From: Oikopleura dioica
Taxonomy: Eukaryota; Animalia; Chordata
Length of the DNA stretch: 64,000 nucleotides
Assembly (NCBI GenBank): GCA_907165135.1
Contig: OU015567.1
Span: 12,834,001 to 12,898,000 of the forward strand
Direction of reading: 5' to 3'
Of this stretch, positions 59,563 through 64,000 are shown in pieces (position 1 is the stretch's first letter; the number at the start of each line of letters is the position of its first letter). A model generated the notes under the pieces. It was not told the origin of the DNA. It worked only from the letters and a program-made list of their open reading frames with translations, and made no database searches. The position numbers and the translations under genes are program-made.

Positions 59563-62379
59563 TTATGAGTTGATTAAGAGTTTGATTATGAAAGGGAACC
59601 CGTTGACGAAATAGACTGAGTGAGAGTTCCTTCGTATCGGCTCGTAGTTGATTGACCGCGATCTTTGGTAATTGCCGCCAAGCAGGAGAATCAAGGGGCT
59701 GGAGAGCAGAAGAACAACGCCGAGAAATTCTAGCGTTCGAGGGAACCCAACCTCTTCGCCGATCGAAGCGGTTGCGATTGGCCCGACTTTGATTGATTCA
59801 GAAACTCTATCTGGAACATCCGATGTTCTACTTATCTCAGATTATTTTATTCTTTGAGTCATGATTCCTGTAAAAGCCGCGCAGAAGGCAATATCCCCAA
59901 TGGCGAAAATCGATCCATAGTTGTTCCCGAAATCGCCGTATTTGAATAACAAACTGAGGAGAGAAAACTGCGCATTATCGACTAATCCAACGCCAAAACC
60001 AACCACTGAATTTTTATTCAAGTTCATAAACTTGAGGACATTTTAGAAAGCTCGAAGGCTAGTAAGGCCCTTGAGTTTGTTTGAAAGGCTACTGAAATAA
60101 CAGGAAGCAAGCTGTCACACGATAAGGTTTGGACCTTTCGATTGCGTCTTTTACAAGCCGCAACGCACGTTTGCCTCGAACTTACTGAAATTTCCGACGG
60201 CCATTACCATCAGAACAGCGTGCAGATTTGAGAAGTGTTGGATGAGAGAATATCTGTTTCGAGCGGATTTGAAATGATATGATCCAATTTGCACTTCAAA
60301 GCAAAGCGACAGTAAACTTCGGGAATTTACTCGAGTCACGTTTTAAGTCGCTAGAAACAATTTGCTACCGGTAGCGGTGCACGTGAGTATCTAACTTCGA
60401 AATTCTAGCTTCAAATACTTTCATGAATAAGCCACTGATAACTGAACCGCTTCCCACGGTCGACGTTCTGGTCAGCCCTAGAATACACTTTGTCGACAAT
60501 GTTTTTTTGAGGAGAGTTGATTTACCGCCGAAAATGTCGAAAAACGTGGAGATAAAATTCGACCCAATTCCGTAGCCCACGGTTGTTGGAATGAAGGAGA
60601 GCCCTTTATGCAAGGTTTAAATCGAATAACAACACCTGCAACGGTGGTCACGTGCCTGTTTCTTTCGCGACTGACTCAAGGCTTGTTTTGGCCTAAACGT
60701 CTAAACGAAGTTTTTTACTTAGAGACCTTTCGGAAGGGATGAGGGATAATTCACCTTGTTATTCGTGACGTAAAACAACCTTTTTAGTGACGTCACGACT
60801 AGAATTTTCGATTCAACCTTTTTTCCTTTGAGAAGAATTCCTGGACCCATGTGCTTTTCATGCAGCACTTGCTGTATCTGCAGCGGCTTTAATTTGAGAT
60901 GATCCTGTAGCACTTAGCTGAGTAAACGAAATCGAAAGCGGATCATCCTTCCGATCCTGCCCAGTCTCCAACGCCGATACAGCTAGATTTGAAACGAAGA
61001 TAAAAAACGCAGTAACAACAATCTTCTTTTCCCTGAGCAGCTTTGGCTGGGTTCACCTGAGTTTCGCGGCCTTGATATTATCACAAGCCGGCATTCGGCT
61101 GTCGGATTTTAAATTGAACGCGGTGACTTCAACTTTTTATCTGTCAACCTTCGTTTAAATATTATTCTTTGAAGGAACTTCTGAAAGCAAAGAATTTCCG
61201 ATATTTCCGGAACGTGTAGATAAAGGAACAATGTCGTCCGAGGAACCCTAACTCGTGAATCCTTTTATGAGTCGTTACTGAAATGAATTGAGGAGGAGTT
61301 TTTTCAGTCTGGAATTACCATGAAGAGCGAAATTGTACTTGATCATCATCCCAAAAACCCATGTCATCCCTACAGCGAGAGTAAGAATCAGAAACGGGAA
61401 GTCGATGTTAATCAGCTCCGCCAAAACGCTGCTAAATGGCGGGCCCACTTGACAGTAGTTAGTGCTTGTCAATTCTTTGACAGAAGCAAAAGAAGAGTCT
61501 GTACCTAGAACACCAAGAGCTAATCCAGTCATCGCTCTTCCCATAACTTCGATTCGGCTGAGATCGTCGTCGTAGTAAGCGCCAATCATGCCGAGTCCAG
61601 AAACTGTGCCGAACGATGACCCAATGCCCTAGAAAAAGTAATTGTTGCGAGGTTTCACGCGTCTCTCCAATTACCTGGATGCATCTCGAGATGACCAAAA
61701 GCGAGAACGAGCGCGAAATCATCATCGCCCCCGAACTGAACCCTTGAGAATGCGGTTCGACGCCGTTTCTTAAAATACCCCGGAACTGACCGGTTCTAGT
61801 TTCGCACTTGCAATTTCGCGCGAACCCATGACTAGTAAAAGCCCTCCACTTATGTAGACATTGACTCAGAATAAGCTTTCAAAGTGTTTTTGGATAAATA
61901 AAGAAATTAACGTGAAATACTTTCCGTCGCGGAAAGTTTCTTTAAGCGGATTATGAAAACTTAACATATCCGAACTTCAGAATCAGCCCGGAAACCCAGA
62001 AGTTCGTGATTAGCTGGGAAATCGGCTTAGCAAACATAACTAAAACACCATTATTTTTTTTGAAAACGGTTCAATCGAATTTTTTACCTGTTCCTACAGA
62101 ATATCGAGTAACGGTAGAATTCGACTTTTCAACGCGATATAAGAAGCGATGAGCTTTTAACAAGATTGAAAGGAATATGACACCGTTTATCAAGGAAAAA
62201 CGTGTGTCTTATCAATTCTACACCGTTTCCTGCTCAGCTAGATATGTCGGCAGCAGCGGAACTAAAACCATTCAGTCATTAATCGAAGAACAGTTATGAT
62301 TACTTATAGCGGTCAGGAGCACATTATCGATAAAAATCATGAAGAAAACTGCCGAAATCAGAATCGAGGATCTCTCCAT
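59563..62379 (-). CDS. VMAT: Vesicular monoamine transporter (SLC18A1/2-like, MFS)
   Basis: TM1 FFMIFIDNVLLTAI|IPLLPTYL, then GIGSSFGTVSGLGMIGAYYDDDLSRIEVMGRAMTGLALGVL|VGPPFSSVL, GLSFIPTTVGYGIGSN, GFGVGLVDN, YGSIFAIGDIAFC and GPIATASIGEEVGFP. These match VMAT better than VAChT. Confidence 0.85.
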
Positions 62380-62733
62380 TTTGAAAAAATTCTTTATTAG
62401 CTTTTTCATTTTCTAATTTAATTTAATTTAGTCACCTCATTCTAAAGTTGAAGAATCAAATCAGGATCTGTATTTAATTGACCGGCCCTGCGAATTATCG
62501 GCTTTGAACAAGGATGGAGAAATCAATCATAAAAACAAGAATGCTAGTTTCAATATATTTCTTTGTTTCTTCCTACAGAATTGGATACAATTATCCATCT
62601 GTAAATGAGTAAAATAGGTGCAAGTGTAATTTAATCCTTTGAAGAATCTTTCGAGCATTCTAAATCCTTTTGAGTGGTTTTCGTTTATAAACAAACTCCA
62701 AGTTGGTTTTCTCGAAAATATAAAAATTTGAAA

Positions 62734-63433
62734 ATGTCTGATGTCGAAAGTGAAAAGGTCAAGATTCAAGTGATTGTTCGAACGAAGGACACTGATTGCG
62801 CTGGAACTGATGCGAATGTCTTTGTTACACTAAAGGTTCGAGAGAAATTTGCTTCAATTGGGCGATAAAACGGTGTAAGGGGGTTTAACTCCGCCAGATA
62901 ACCGTGTGGTCGATAAAAACCGGCCACAGGAGCTCACGATAAAAGCTCTCAACGTGCGCTTTTGACAATCCTGCGGACGAGGCTCAAATGCCGTCTTGTC
63001 AGGAAATACCTTTATCTCCCTTTTTAACGTGAACACTTTCGATGAACTTTTTTGAAGGGCGAGCAGGGCGAAACCGGAAAGATGGAGCTGAAGACGAGCG
63101 AAAATCACTTGAACAAATTTGAGCGAGGGCAAATTGATGTCTTCCATCATCAAATTGCTGAAATAGGCACAGGTAACAGAAAACGTGACAAAAACACAAC
63201 TTTCCTATGTTCGATTATTTTTCAGTGACGGCGATGAGAATAGAACATGATAATAAAGGACTCGGATCGTCCTGGTGCGTTGACTACGTTGAAATACATT
63301 TTCCGCATAGAGTCTACCACTTTGGTGAGCATCTTGGAACGCTTCATTTTCAAAATATATTTCAGATGTCGACAGGTGGATGGAAAAAGGACGTGTGGAC
63401 ACAACTTCTATTGATGTTGATTACACTGGGTAG
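62734..63433 (+). CDS. Stand-alone PLAT/LH2-domain protein (about 125 aa, LOXHD1-type PLAT), 4 exons
   Basis: VIVRTKDTDCAGTDANVFVTLK|GEQGETGKMEL...NKFERGQIDVF...|MRIEHDNKGLGSSWCVDYVEI...|DVDRWMEK...TG*. GT-AG introns; TAG at 63431-63433. Confidence 0.85.
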
Positions 63434-63702
63434 CAAAAAAAAGAAACACAAAGTCTATTTTGCCCAAACATACTTATCTTGTCTGTTTCTATCTTAAAAT
63501 AAACTCATTCGTCATATGGTTGTAGAATGATTAATTGAGTGGGTACATCTTGAGCCTCGTGATGCCTCATGGTATCTTTCGCGATAGGTGGTGGCGCTCT
63601 GACGCGCGTTTTCACGATGCGCAGGTGTCGCTCTTTCGATTTTATAAAAGTGCTTTTAGACGACAATTCGAAACTCATAACTCAGCGTGAGCTCACTTCA
63701 AG

Positions 63703-64000
63703 ATGAAGCTCGGGAGTTTTTTCATCGCTCTTAAAACAGGTGCGCAGAGAGTCTTAGAGATCCACAGAGAAACGCCAGATTGAGCCAGACATTTTCTAAC
63801 GTGTATTGTTTAGCTGAGAGTTACGTGATACGCGATGAGGAAAACACAGCCTACGATGTTCAGCCCGTCAAAGAATGTATTTCCAAGATCGGAAATATCT
63901 GCGTCGCCCAGCGAATTACTGTAAGTAACAATTTGATCGACATTATCGTAAATGAGTAATTAAGGGTTACACAAAGAAACCAACATCGACGATTAGTGAA
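63703..64000 (+). CDS. 5' part of a probable secreted protein, truncated by the window end
   Basis: MKLGSFFIALKT|AESYVIRDEENTAYDVQPVKECISKIGNICVAQRIT|GYTKKP... with GT-AG introns. TATAAAA at about 63644. Confidence 0.55.

Noticed and set aside
59563-62379. VAChT / cholinergic gene locus
   Set aside because: Diagnostic segments match VMAT, the gene is intron-rich, and no ChAT exons flank it.
1-64000. rRNA, tRNA, snRNA/SL RNA, LTR or LINE retroelements, prokaryotic operons
   Set aside because: No recognisable signatures by eye; tRNAscan-SE, Infernal and RepeatMasker were not run.

Overview
Eukaryotic nuclear DNA from a very compact animal genome. Many introns are only about 30-60 bp, and several have GA, GC or GG donor sites fixed by protein homology, which best fits an appendicularian tunicate (Oikopleura-like; this is an inference). 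By manual splicing I can support about 14 protein-coding genes. Recognisable ones: a TMEM8/PGAP6-family gene with large introns, an RFWD3-type (C3HGC3) RING protein with an unusual N-terminal repeat, an HS3ST-like sulfotransferase, nardilysin, a Friend-of-GATA (ZFPM/U-shaped) zinc-finger gene, a Ki-67 (MKI67) orthologue, a claudin-like protein, a VMAT (SLC18A) transporter and a stand-alone PLAT-domain protein. The rest are orphans. There are at least 11 non-autonomous DNA-transposon-like elements: four hAT-type with perfect 8-bp TSDs, two Mutator-type with 9-bp TSDs, one with TTAA TSD, one TA-TSD foldback nested in a hAT, three long palindromes and one small MITE. I saw no rRNA, tRNA, CRISPR array or intact transposase. 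The most notable unexplained signals are (i) a dense GATA plus CAGGTG motif field filling the introns and 5' flank of the FOG gene, (ii) a -1 frame break inside a FOG zinc-finger exon exactly at a C-CCA-AAA slippery heptamer, and (iii) an AT-rich RING gene with an unfamiliar 30-aa Asn/Gly repeat. All family calls come from motif recognition by eye; no database search was run.
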